Positions 18,402 through 28,018 of a DNA stretch of 64,000 nucleotides are shown here, in pieces. A program made the position numbers and the translations under genes. The notes below the pieces were generated by a model that saw nothing but the letters and a program-made list of their open reading frames with translations, made no database searches and was not told the DNA's origin. The first letter of the stretch is position 1; every line of letters starts with the position of its first letter. Location: the IMG/VR virus record IMGVR_UViG_3300028833_000120, positions 20,978 to 84,977 of that record; one strand, written 5' to 3'. This stretch comes from a virus. Taxonomy: Duplodnaviria; Caudoviricetes.

Positions 18402-19622
18402 TTAAAACAGAGGAACATCGTGTGACATGCTTATGTCGATTGGTGAATATCCCATAGCCTCCACAATTCTGTTCATTGGTCCAAGAATAAGCAGGTCGAA
18501 CATTTTGTCGTAATCGATTTCAAAACCACTTGCCATATCCATTGGATAATTACCGGCTGGATATGAAAACGCCTGTATAGGTTCTTTCATCTGACAGTCT
18601 ATATAATAGTCAACATTCCCACGTTTTTCGATGATTCCACCTTTCGTGAATCTGACTTCTTGATGTTTTCTTACATTTGCAATGTCAGAAACCTTGATTT
18701 CACAACATTTCCAGTAAGTATACCTTTGTGTTGGTTTTATATATATCACACACAGTTTATCACTGTCAACAAGTGCCGTATATTTTCTTTTATACTTTTC
18801 ATTACTATTCAACAACCAGTTATAGAATGATGCACCCTGCACAGTCACCATCGCCTTTTGCATAAGTTCAATTTCACCAACGTCGGATAAGACATACTCT
18901 CCATATTTGTTCATTCCTTTGTTAACTGAAATCGTCTCAAAGTTCTGCATCATAAAACTTTTCTTGACTGCTTTCATCTGTTTGACAAAACCCTCGATTG
19001 TGAATTTTTCTTGTTTGAATATCCACTTAATCAAATCAGTCATCTGCTTCTTGACCCAAGTCGAACTAGATGTCTGTGCAATCTCAATACCGGTCGGTTT
19101 GATTTTAGTGCAAGAATCATAGTAAACATTTGGCTCAGCCCAAGTGGTATTCTTCACATACTTTTTCTTAGCGAGCCAGATACCAGCCTCATTGTATGCC
19201 TCCAACTCGAAGTCGAGAATATTAGGTGTTCCCTGCTTGGCGGCATAGTCCTCATGTATCTTCTTCAAGAAGTCCTTCATAAACACACGGTCAAGAGTAA
19301 GACAGAACTCACGACCTGCTGGTTCTATTTTATCAATCTCAAAATCATACTTTTCTTTATCGATTGAATCGACATCAAAATATTGTCTTGCATCATCTTC
19401 AGTCGGATAACCACCGGAAGACACATACACGAATTCTTTCTGGTCATTCGACTTGTTAATCTTGGTGAGTCTCCACACGTCGTGTAACATCCAATCAGTT
19501 GAATTTACAATCTCATAAAATGAACAGTATACACTATCAGTATCTATGTATCTACTTATAGGTGAGATAGTTACATTTTTATCTGGGATAAACACCCATT
19601 TTTTTATGTGTTTTTTCATCAA
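18402..19622 (-). CDS. Family B DNA polymerase, C-terminal part (palm motif C and thumb)
   Basis: YIDTDS, AKKKY and KPTGIE. Ends VPLF. Overlaps the N-terminal part in the +1 frame. Confidence 0.85.
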   Translation of the reverse strand: MMKKHIKKWVFIPDKNVTISPISRYIDTDSVYCSFYEIVNSTDWMLHDVWRLTKINKSNDQKEFVYVSSGGYPTEDDARQYFDVDSIDKEKYDFEIDKIEPAGREFCLTLDRVFMKDFLKKIHEDYAAKQGTPNILDFELEAYNEAGIWLAKKKYVKNTTWAEPNVYYDSCTKIKPTGIEIAQTSSSTWVKKQMTDLIKWIFKQEKFTIEGFVKQMKAVKKSFMMQNFETISVNKGMNKYGEYVLSDVGEIELMQKAMVTVQGASFYNWLLNSNEKYKRKYTALVDSDKLCVIYIKPTQRYTYWKCCEIKVSDIANVRKHQEVRFTKGGIIEKRGNVDYYIDCQMKEPIQAFSYPAGNYPMDMASGFEIDYDKMFDLLILGPMNRIVEAMGYSPIDISMSHDVPLF

Positions 19623-21342
19623 TAATCCAACCTTTTTGTGCCCATAGATTCATAAGTCTCTCGGCGTTCAAGATGGCGTGCTTACCTTGTTTCGTAACAG
19701 ATTCAGCAATATTCTTGTTATAGAAATAAAAACCGGAGAATCCGAAAGCGCCATAGATACCGTTAATTACGACCTTTGTACCAAGCTGATAGTTGTTGTA
19801 GATGTCTGCCTGTGTAGTACAGAAAGTAAGAACAACATCCATTTGTTTACCAATCAAATCACCAAGGTCGTTCTTTTTCATATAGTCTTCTATCTCTTCT
19901 TGACTTGCACCATTGTGCATAAGGTCTTTCAAGTCATAGTAGCACTGTGTGTATTTGAACGATGTCTTCTTGTATGCCTTTCTTTTGAAATAAAGGTCTG
20001 TGATAATCTTCTTCAAATTACCGTCCTCTTTCTCATAGACTGCACCGGAAGCACATACAATATAACCCTTATCTCTCCACTGTTGTTTCAGTTCCTCATC
20101 ATCTTCGGGAAGCATCTTGACAAGTGTTTCCGGACCGATATTGAACTGTCTCATCAAAGACGGATAAAGTGAGGCGTAGTCGTTACATGTGCAATACTTG
20201 TGAAGACCTGGAACAGGCTGCTTGACGAATGCCCCTTCATATTTCTCACCATCACCTTTCTTCTTTGGTTTCGGAGAAACTGCAAGGACACGACCTTGTT
20301 CAGCAAACTTCTGTCTTAAAAGATTTTCAGGAATATATGTAGTAGAGAAACAATCCATTGCACGGATATGACCCAACCATGCAGTGGTGATACCACAAGT
20401 CAATGCATTACACTTCTCGTGGATGAGTTTTACGAGACCACAGTCGATAGCGTTGTAATACACATACTTTTGAAAGTTATTATTGAACATATCATCGAGA
20501 CTCTCACTGTGCTGTACTTTTTTGATACCACAGAGTTTCTCCCCGATATAGTCGAGTTTGTAATTCTCATTGGAGTTCCAAGTCCATTTCTTGTATGCTT
20601 TCAAATAGTCGATAAGACCGACGTGACATGGACGCTCAAACTGACCAGTCATTTTATGAGTAGGTGACGAAATGTTTATATTTATTTCAAGTTTTTTCGC
20701 CCTGTTTATGATATACCTCCAGTCATATTCCTCAAAGTTCCAACCGGTCATCATAGCCATATTCGGAACAAGTTTGTTCAAGAAGAAATACAACATGTCA
20801 TATTCCGTATTAAAACAACGGAAAGCGAACTTGAACTTACGGTTTACTTGTGCAAAATGGTCGTCAATTTGCTTTTGAATATCCTCAATTTGTTTCCTGT
20901 TTAAGTTCTTGCCGGAAGAAAGAACCATGATAGTATCGTTTGGACAACACACACCGATAACCGTTATCGGTTTATCTGCCTTTTCTGGGTCTGGTTTTCC
21001 CTCTTGCATCAAGTTCTCAATATCGATAAAAAACATTTCAGGAAGATTATATGAGAATATCCTTTCCTTTACATCTTCCGGAAGATTGTCAACAATCTCA
21101 TACATCCTATATCTATTCAAGACATGTTTTGGATTTGTGAGATTTAACTTGTGTTTCCACACCTTGTCTTTGTTCCAGTTTTTGACCGTTCCACCGGGTT
21201 CATCTTTTTTATCGATGGGTTCTGTGAGCCAAGTGTACCAATCCTTTTCTTGAATTGGAATCACATCGATGTGTGTCTTGTGGTCATCCCCCCAATAGGA
21301 GATTTCCAAATTTGTTCCGTTTTGTACTAAATCTAATAACAT
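19579..21342 (-). CDS. Family B DNA polymerase (gp43-like), N-terminal part (exonuclease, motifs A and B)
   Basis: FIDIE, GWNFEEYD, YKLD, YNAID, YEGAFV, DYASLYPS and KVVINGIYG. Confidence 0.9.
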   Translation of the reverse strand: MLLDLVQNGTNLEISYWGDDHKTHIDVIPIQEKDWYTWLTEPIDKKDEPGGTVKNWNKDKVWKHKLNLTNPKHVLNRYRMYEIVDNLPEDVKERIFSYNLPEMFFIDIENLMQEGKPDPEKADKPITVIGVCCPNDTIMVLSSGKNLNRKQIEDIQKQIDDHFAQVNRKFKFAFRCFNTEYDMLYFFLNKLVPNMAMMTGWNFEEYDWRYIINRAKKLEININISSPTHKMTGQFERPCHVGLIDYLKAYKKWTWNSNENYKLDYIGEKLCGIKKVQHSESLDDMFNNNFQKYVYYNAIDCGLVKLIHEKCNALTCGITTAWLGHIRAMDCFSTTYIPENLLRQKFAEQGRVLAVSPKPKKKGDGEKYEGAFVKQPVPGLHKYCTCNDYASLYPSLMRQFNIGPETLVKMLPEDDEELKQQWRDKGYIVCASGAVYEKEDGNLKKIITDLYFKRKAYKKTSFKYTQCYYDLKDLMHNGASQEEIEDYMKKNDLGDLIGKQMDVVLTFCTTQADIYNNYQLGTKVVINGIYGAFGFSGFYFYNKNIAESVTKQGKHAILNAERLMNLWAQKGWIIDEKTHKKMGVYPR

Positions 21343-21361
21343 ATTACTTTTTATTTTTATG

Positions 21362-21381
21362 TGTCCGTTTAGAAGCGGACA
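21362..21381 (-). promoter_or_regulatory. 5'-UTR hairpin upstream of the DNA polymerase gene
   Basis: UGUCCG-CUUCUAAA-CGGACA lies between the promoter (21395-21406) and the ATG. Confidence 0.55.
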
Positions 21382-21394
21382 AGTTTAATCAATC

Positions 21395-21459
21395 TAAATA
21401 TAACAAATGGTCGTATAAAAAAATATTATTTTTTTTTTGTTATATTTAGACTATAAATA
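21395..21459. promoter_or_regulatory. Divergent TTGTTATATTTA promoters (- 21395-21406, + 21437-21448) plus TATAAATA at 21452-21459
   Basis: Exact motif matches between divergent genes. Confidence 0.7.
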
Positions 21460-21473
21460 AGATAAAAAAATAT

Positions 21474-22082
21474 ATGTGCAATACATACGAAGACTGGTAT
21501 GAAAAAGAATTTAACAAACATGAATCATTACTAGATGAAGAAATTGTCCTAAAGAATCATAAACTTGTTGATGAAAATGGTGTCGATATTTCAAAAAAGA
21601 AAAGTTCCGAAAAAACAGTAGAGGAAAGAATAAAGACATCAAGGTCGTTAAAAATCAAATATAACAAATGGAACCAAGTAGACTTCACAGAAGACAACTA
21701 CCAACAGGATAAGATAACAATAGACAAAGACTATTCCGAACAAAAAATGTCATCCTTCGACGATGTGGAGTTTGAACAGAAGTTCCATGAGATAATCAAA
21801 AATTCAAAATATAAAGCGATACTACTTGACGATGATTGTGAAAAGGTGGTCATCAATTATCAAATTATAAATGACATACTTCTATACATTTATGCACGTA
21901 TGAAAAACGAATACACATTGTCAAGAATATTTGTAATGGTCTGTGAATATTGTGGAATTAACATACAGACAATGTGGAAAAGACTAAGTTCATACATACA
22001 AAAAACCATACTTGAAGAACTCTCGGAATATAGTCCATTGGCAAGTTTGGAATTAGATAAAGAAGAAAACCAATTATTTTAA
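21474..22082 (+). CDS. Possible late-transcription coactivator (gp33-like C-terminal domain)
   Basis: C-terminal IFVMVCEYCGINIQTMWKRLSSYIQKTILEEL resembles the gp33 core pattern. Ends NQLF, like a clamp-binding tail. Confidence 0.4.
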   Translation: MCNTYEDWYEKEFNKHESLLDEEIVLKNHKLVDENGVDISKKKSSEKTVEERIKTSRSLKIKYNKWNQVDFTEDNYQQDKITIDKDYSEQKMSSFDDVEFEQKFHEIIKNSKYKAILLDDDCEKVVINYQIINDILLYIYARMKNEYTLSRIFVMVCEYCGINIQTMWKRLSSYIQKTILEELSEYSPLASLELDKEENQLF

Positions 22083-22087
22083 AAACT

Positions 22088-22345
22088 ATGGAAGATATAA
22101 AATTTTTTTCAGTAACAGTAAAGTTGGAAGAAGAGACCGACATGGTAGACAAAGTCGGCAATCCAAAAATCAAAAAGTGGTCTGAAGACTATCTCGTAAG
22201 AGCAACGACATCACACGAAGCAAACGAAATCGTCAAAAAAGAGATGGACGGTGTTACCGCCGAATGGAGAATCTCAAAAATTGCCGAAACAAAATTTCTT
22301 GCCGTACTTGATGTAAATGGAGAAGTTGAATGTGATATTCAATAA
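22088..22345 (+). CDS. DUF4494-like protein (Bacteroidota-associated)
   Basis: FFSVTVK...KKWSEDYLVRATTSHEA...EM...ISKIAE pattern. Confidence 0.6.
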   Translation: MEDIKFFSVTVKLEEETDMVDKVGNPKIKKWSEDYLVRATTSHEANEIVKKEMDGVTAEWRISKIAETKFLAVLDVNGEVECDIQ

Positions 22346-22346
22346 C

Positions 22347-22377
22347 AAAAAGACCGTGAATCGTCACGGTCTTTTTT
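22347..22377 (+). terminator. Intrinsic terminator
   Basis: aaaaagaccgtga-atcg-tcacggtcttttt. Confidence 0.8.
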
Positions 22378-22419
22378 ATTTTAATTCATAAATATAAATA
22401 GAATAAATCACTATCAATT

Positions 22420-22911
22420 ATGAATAACCTAAAAGATTATGAAGAATATATAAATGAGGCAAAATCTGTGAGAGAGATTGTGAGAGACCTTGCCCGCCGT
22501 TTGTCTTTTGACAAGGACGTTATTAAATTCTTGAACACGTCGAGAGCAAAAAGAACGATGGGTTGGAGAGAGCTTCTTCAAAGTAAACTACACGGTAACA
22601 ATCTTGATTACATAAACTATATCACAAAAAATATGGTCGCCGACTATAACCCACAGATTACCGGTTATATAAATGTAAGAGACGAAGAGGAAGGGGATTT
22701 CGATGAAGAGGAAGAAGAAAAGAACAAAGAAAGAAAAGGTGTCTTGGGTGATGATTTAGACGACATAGAAAGTAGGGTCGAAGATATTGAATATGTGTTA
22801 GGAATAGACCCAGACGACAGAGATACCATTGAATATGCAAAAGACACACTAGGTTTAAATACCGATGACAGTGACAGTGACGATGACGAAAACATCGTTG
22901 AGGAGGAATAA
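22420..22911 (+). CDS. Putative internal head protein with an acidic C-terminal half
   Basis: N-terminus MNNLKDYEEYINEA. CATAAATA at about 22387. Confidence 0.55.
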   Translation: MNNLKDYEEYINEAKSVREIVRDLARRLSFDKDVIKFLNTSRAKRTMGWRELLQSKLHGNNLDYINYITKNMVADYNPQITGYINVRDEEEGDFDEEEEEKNKERKGVLGDDLDDIESRVEDIEYVLGIDPDDRDTIEYAKDTLGLNTDDSDSDDDENIVEEE

Positions 22912-22913
22912 CA

Positions 22914-23831
22914 ATGAACGAATACAATAACAAATACAACAAAGATGACGTATTTATCAGAAATATGATAGTATGTTTCCTTGCTGAATTAAACAAAAAG
23001 ATTTATTATTATAACAGAGTTGACAACAACACGTTGAATAAAATAAATGTTCCGTGTATGTATTCCATCACCGGACAGGAGAAATTTTTAAAAGATGAAT
23101 TTTTTTATGACCCAATAAATATGGGAATGGCTATTGGTGATTATGAAAAAGTTCCACGTGTTATTGTAAATCTATCCGGACTCAATATCAATACGGCTGA
23201 ACAGACAAACAAATATAACCATACGAAAATTGTACGTGAGTCGAATGGAAAGATGAGAACATGTTATTTGAACGTGGAATGGATTCCTGTTCAGCTTTCA
23301 TTCGACTGCAATCTTGTTTGTTCAAACAACATAGAGTTATTTAAGATAACCGAATGTATCATTTCAAAAATTTACAAAAATCCAAATTACTTCAAAGTTG
23401 ATTTAGGGATGTGCAATGTCGATGGTGCATTTGAGGTACAAGAGAATTATTCAAACGAAATCCCAACGGAATTCGGTCTTAATGAAAAAAAAGAGTTCCG
23501 AATGAATTTCTCAATGGAAATGAAAAGTTTCATACCGGCGTTTGAACACGGACTTCTTCTTTGTGAGATTGACGAAATGCTCTCAAAGATACCGAAAGAA
23601 AACAATGGTATTGTCATGTTTCGTGCTGATGACTATGGAAACATGGGAATGAGAACAGGTGGTGTATTGGAAACTTTCCGTGTGTCTGAATATGCTTACA
23701 GAATAGAACCACCAGAATTATTGTCCAACACACATAAAGTTCCAATGCAAGCCTTTACCAAAGAAGAATTGGAACAAAAAGATATAAAAGAAGATTTAGT
23801 TGTCCGTTTTTACTATTCTCCAGATAAGTAA
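22914..23831 (+). CDS. Tail sheath stabiliser/terminator (T4 gp15-like)
   Basis: INVPCMY...EKF...VPRVIVNL...IPVQLSF pattern typical of gp15. Confidence 0.6.
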   Translation: MNEYNNKYNKDDVFIRNMIVCFLAELNKKIYYYNRVDNNTLNKINVPCMYSITGQEKFLKDEFFYDPINMGMAIGDYEKVPRVIVNLSGLNINTAEQTNKYNHTKIVRESNGKMRTCYLNVEWIPVQLSFDCNLVCSNNIELFKITECIISKIYKNPNYFKVDLGMCNVDGAFEVQENYSNEIPTEFGLNEKKEFRMNFSMEMKSFIPAFEHGLLLCEIDEMLSKIPKENNGIVMFRADDYGNMGMRTGGVLETFRVSEYAYRIEPPELLSNTHKVPMQAFTKEELEQKDIKEDLVVRFYYSPDK

Positions 23832-23872
23832 AATCCACATAAATACTATTATAACACATAAAAAGAAAGATA

Positions 23873-25630
23873 ATGTTAACTCTACAAAATATCTTGAACA
23901 CAGAAGGTCAAGAATTTATAAACAATCTTTTAAATAAGGAAGTTGTAGTTATCGAGAAATTAAATGCTGCAACATTATCGTTTAAAAAGAAACAATCGTC
24001 CGATATGGACTTGAATAGAAAACTCACATTCTATAAAGGTTCCGGTTCAAACAAAAAAGAGATAACCATTGCCGACAAAGTGATGACTACGTTCTATGCA
24101 AACGGGATGACTTACTTAAGTAATATGAGTAAACTAATCATAGACAGAATACCGGCGAACTGGACATTTGTATGTAGATATTTTCCAAACCATCAACCAA
24201 GTTTCATCAATTATTCAGTACTACCGAAAAACAACTTGGTTCTTTCGTGCATTATAACAAACGGAGGTACCAAGATTGACGACGTTGACGATTTAAGAAG
24301 TTGGGCAGAAATGTTTGATATTGCATATCAAGAACCTGTTTTTAAAGGATTTCTTTCTGAGTATCAGAAAGAAAGATTGACAGACTATATTAAAGACGGT
24401 TCAAACAACAAAGACTCTTTTGCAAGATTTGTAATCACTTTGTTGAACCCAAGTCTAACACATTCCATCTATCAAGATGATGGATTTGAATCGCCAATTG
24501 ACGGGTTTATTTTCAAATTCATATCAGATGATGGAATAACAAAACCAATCTCGGCCAAACTCATAGACCCATATATGTCAGGACTCATCGCCAAAAACAA
24601 GGCTAAAAAAGGATTTAATGACAACAAAGATGTTCTTTTATCCGATTTCACCATTTTTATGATGGGTCAAGATTTAAATTCAATCATACTCACAAGCAAT
24701 TCAAATGAAGACAGGTATCTAGAACTTTTCTATACATTGTTCAACAGATACATTAAGTATAAGAAAGCACAACTCGAAGACTTCGATATTGATACAAACG
24801 ATGTTGTCAAAGAGAGTATTGAAATAGATTTTTCAGTAGATTTAGATAAAATCTCAAATGAGACAACAAAAAAACTCTTGACTGAAAATCCAGAATATCG
24901 TAATATATTCAAAACACTTCTTGGAAGTTTCCGTACAAAGAAACCCGAGGATTACAAGTCTCTCGTAATGGCGCCAAATGTTGTCAGAATGTTTAATAGC
25001 ATGGTTGATAGTATTTCGGAAAAATCCAAAGTCGGTCATAAGAGTAAAAACATGACATTTTCAGATTATCTATCTGCAATCAGACCAAAAGATATCAACA
25101 CATTGGATATAAACAACGCTCCCGATGAAGTAAAGGATGAGATGGGAATTTCAGAACCAGAACCACAGAGGGAACCTTTGTCATTTGCAGACTTCAAGAA
25201 AAAAGACGAGAAAGAAGAAAAAAAAGAAAAAACCGATAAAAGGTTGATGAATATAGAAGATATGATTAAACAACTTAAAGATTCGGTGAAAGATATCACA
25301 GACGATGTGAAAAAGACAAGAAATGAGGAAGAGAAACAGTCAGAAGATATTGAAAATTTAAAGAATAAAGAAGAAAAAGAAGAAACCGACACAGAAAAAA
25401 AGGACGAAAAAGACGAAAAAAAATCAGATAATCATCCATCTAATGACAACCATGAATCAAAGTCAGATGAAAAAAATGATGATAATGGTTCTAAAGACGA
25501 CGACGGTTCTGAATCTGAAGACGACGAACCAAAAGACGAAAACAAGGACGACGAGTCAAAAGAAAAGGACAAAAAGGATGATTCTTCAAAAAAAGATGAT
25601 AAAAATGTTTCCCAATTCGGTGGTTTCTAA
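23873..25630 (+). CDS. RNA-ligase-like nucleotidyltransferase-fold protein with a charged low-complexity tail
   Basis: IEKLNA (motif I-like, D to N), PVFKG, IDGFIFK and AKLID. Late motif upstream. Confidence 0.45.
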   Translation: MLTLQNILNTEGQEFINNLLNKEVVVIEKLNAATLSFKKKQSSDMDLNRKLTFYKGSGSNKKEITIADKVMTTFYANGMTYLSNMSKLIIDRIPANWTFVCRYFPNHQPSFINYSVLPKNNLVLSCIITNGGTKIDDVDDLRSWAEMFDIAYQEPVFKGFLSEYQKERLTDYIKDGSNNKDSFARFVITLLNPSLTHSIYQDDGFESPIDGFIFKFISDDGITKPISAKLIDPYMSGLIAKNKAKKGFNDNKDVLLSDFTIFMMGQDLNSIILTSNSNEDRYLELFYTLFNRYIKYKKAQLEDFDIDTNDVVKESIEIDFSVDLDKISNETTKKLLTENPEYRNIFKTLLGSFRTKKPEDYKSLVMAPNVVRMFNSMVDSISEKSKVGHKSKNMTFSDYLSAIRPKDINTLDINNAPDEVKDEMGISEPEPQREPLSFADFKKKDEKEEKKEKTDKRLMNIEDMIKQLKDSVKDITDDVKKTRNEEEKQSEDIENLKNKEEKEETDTEKKDEKDEKKSDNHPSNDNHESKSDEKNDDNGSKDDDGSESEDDEPKDENKDDESKEKDKKDDSSKKDDKNVSQFGGF

Positions 25631-25663
25631 TTTTTCATAAATATATTAAAGTAAATTTATAAA

Positions 25664-27259
25664 ATGGATAATTTAAACAAAAACATGCTCAATTTGATTG
25701 CAAGTTTCAAGAAAACAGGTCAATCAGATGAAGTTATTAAACAAAGTTTATGGCAGATGGGTATGATTCCAGAATTGATAGATTCCCACATCGACTATTA
25801 CAATTCACATCAATCAGATGTCTATAAACCTTATGTTGGTCCGATAGTAAAAGAAAATAATAACAATATGGAATTGACGTTAGAAAATTTGTACAAAAGT
25901 ACACTTAAAGCAATAGACGCTTTAAAAGAAATGAGGAACGATGACAAGTTCGGTTTCTCGGCAGCTACAGCACAATCCATCATTGAGCACAATCTTTCAA
26001 AACTAAATATCTCAAACGATAACGAGGTTATTCTTAAAGAATGTATCAAAGAAGGAAAAGAGATTGAAGATACACTTGTAAATCCAATCTTAAAATATTC
26101 TGTAGCAGAGAATATGTTCTATGATTTGACACAATATGACTGGATTATGCCCGTCTCAGACCTCCGTAAGTCTCTATTCGAGACATTCAGTGGTGACAAA
26201 TGGGGTTATGTTACAGCAAAATTTGCAAAGAAAATTGCAAAGGATACAAGTAATAAAGCATTTGAAAATCTGTATGATTCACTCATTGACACTTTGATTG
26301 ATGAAGATAACAAGAGACTCGCCCTTAAAAATGTCTTGATGGAAAACACTTGGAATAGTGATGCAAAGGGAATCCTTAAGTCAATCATTGCAGAAGAAAA
26401 AGAAGAACAAGGTCAAATCGACACAAGAATTTATGAAAACAACAATTGTTCCATCCGTAAGAATATTTCTCCTTGTATTGTTGATGGTGAAAACAAAGTG
26501 TTCTTCTTGAATGGTAAGAACTATATATTCAATGGAAAAGAACTCAAAGAAGCGAAGGTTACTGACAGAAGATACCTTAACGTACTTGAGGGTCTTTCTT
26601 TGATGAAATATGAAGAAGACAAGAATCGTTTTGTATACTATGGAAAGAACAATATGCTTCTCGAATATAGTTGTGATACAGACAAATTCAATCTTACTGG
26701 TGTAGATAATTTCTCAGACATGAGTCTTATTGACATGAACGAAACTTTGAAGAGATGTGGTATCTTTGACCGTGAGACAATCCAAATTTGTGAGAAACTT
26801 ATCAAATTCTACGAAAGTAAAGACCTTCTCACAGAAATCGACACTATCACCACAATCAGTAGAAATGATGTCGCCGGTGTTATGGTCAGTATCATCAATG
26901 TTGAGGAAGGAATTATTGTTAACAAAGTAAATCTCCCATTCAACTATAACGAATTAGTTTCTTGCAAAACTGCAACAGAGGCTTGCAATATTATTAAGGA
27001 GTTCATCAAATACGATGCAACATCTATCCTTGAAGAGCAATTGAAGAAAGAGGGTGAAGAAAAAGCAATCATTGAGTCAAAAAGAAACGAGATTAAAGAT
27101 ACTCTTGCATTTTTGACAGAAAAGAGAGCAGAACTCATCAGTGCAATCCAAGAAACTAACAACAATGAGCAACTCAAAGAAGCATTGAAACTTGTCGAAG
27201 GTGAGATTCGTAAATTTGAAAAAGAACTTCAAGAATCTTACAACGAAAAAAAAAATTAA
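25664..27259 (+). CDS. Late structural protein, possibly prohead core, with a C-terminal coiled coil
   Basis: CATAAATA upstream and many I/L-x-E sites. Ends in an A10 run just before TAA. Confidence 0.55.
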   Translation: MDNLNKNMLNLIASFKKTGQSDEVIKQSLWQMGMIPELIDSHIDYYNSHQSDVYKPYVGPIVKENNNNMELTLENLYKSTLKAIDALKEMRNDDKFGFSAATAQSIIEHNLSKLNISNDNEVILKECIKEGKEIEDTLVNPILKYSVAENMFYDLTQYDWIMPVSDLRKSLFETFSGDKWGYVTAKFAKKIAKDTSNKAFENLYDSLIDTLIDEDNKRLALKNVLMENTWNSDAKGILKSIIAEEKEEQGQIDTRIYENNNCSIRKNISPCIVDGENKVFFLNGKNYIFNGKELKEAKVTDRRYLNVLEGLSLMKYEEDKNRFVYYGKNNMLLEYSCDTDKFNLTGVDNFSDMSLIDMNETLKRCGIFDRETIQICEKLIKFYESKDLLTEIDTITTISRNDVAGVMVSIINVEEGIIVNKVNLPFNYNELVSCKTATEACNIIKEFIKYDATSILEEQLKKEGEEKAIIESKRNEIKDTLAFLTEKRAELISAIQETNNNEQLKEALKLVEGEIRKFEKELQESYNEKKN

Positions 27260-27507
27260 GTGAATCGTTCATAGATGAACCTTCAGACCCAAGTCAATTG
27301 GACTTTAACAAAAAGAAAATGTTAAAGAACGGATATATGGAAATGATTGTAAAGATTCCAGTTGATGGACTCAAAGAAGGTGATGTGGTATTTGCCTTGA
27401 CAAATGAATTTGGACAAATAGGTGATGACGCTTCAATTGAAGTGTGGAAAAACGAGAAAGACGAAAAAGGTATTATAATACCGGTCAAAAATCTCGAGAT
27501 AAAATAA
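27253..27507 (+). CDS. -1 frame extension of the 25664 gene, or a separate small ORF from 27298
   Basis: The frame is open from the A10 run (KLSESFIDEPSDPSQLDFNKK...) to TAA at 27507. Confidence 0.5.
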   Translation, partial: KLSESFIDEPSDPSQLDFNKKKMLKNGYMEMIVKIPVDGLKEGDVVFALTNEFGQIGDDASIEVWKNEKDEKGIIIPVKNLEIK

Positions 27508-27508
27508 T

Positions 27509-27551
27509 AAAAACTGGGAATTATTTTTAATTCCCAGTTTTGTTATATTTA
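27509..27551 (+). terminator. Terminator fused to a TTGTTATATTTA promoter
   Basis: aaaactgggaatta-tttt-taattcccagtttt-gttatattta. Confidence 0.75.
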
Positions 27552-27573
27552 TATATATAATAAAATTTAGTCT

Positions 27574-27954
27574 ATGGGTAAGTCTAACACTAAGAAGTAC
27601 TACCTGGACAACGATGAGCTAAAAACAGAAATTCTAAAATGTAAAGACAGTAAGGTTGCAAGTGAAAAATTAGGACAAATGTTCTTTAAAATAGTTGAGA
27701 ATGTTTCTAGAAGTTTCTATTGGGAGAATAAAGACGATGGTGATGACTGTAAAGCAAACGCCTTGTTTGATTTATGCAAAAACTTCTGGAAATATGAACC
27801 GGAAAACGGAAATGCATTTGCTTTCTGCACACAAATAGCTTACTTCGGAATAGCAGGCGGGAAAAGGATTCTATACCCCAAAAAGTATGAAGGTACAGTT
27901 TCACTAACTTGTATCGATGATGACGGTAACAATTTTGAAATGTACAACATTTAA
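27574..27954 (+). CDS. Late-transcription sigma factor (T4 gp55-like)
   Basis: YLDNDEL...LGQMFFKI...KYEP...NAFAFCTQI pattern of gp55. Confidence 0.75.
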   Translation: MGKSNTKKYYLDNDELKTEILKCKDSKVASEKLGQMFFKIVENVSRSFYWENKDDGDDCKANALFDLCKNFWKYEPENGNAFAFCTQIAYFGIAGGKRILYPKKYEGTVSLTCIDDDGNNFEMYNI

Positions 27955-28018
27955 AGAGACAACAAAGTTGTCTCTTTTTTTTTTATAACCATAAATACAA
28001 TATATATTATATTTTATT

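Noticed and set aside
19579-19622. Intron or intein in the DNA polymerase
   Set aside because: The two ORFs overlap with no intervening sequence, and there are no intein or homing-endonuclease motifs.
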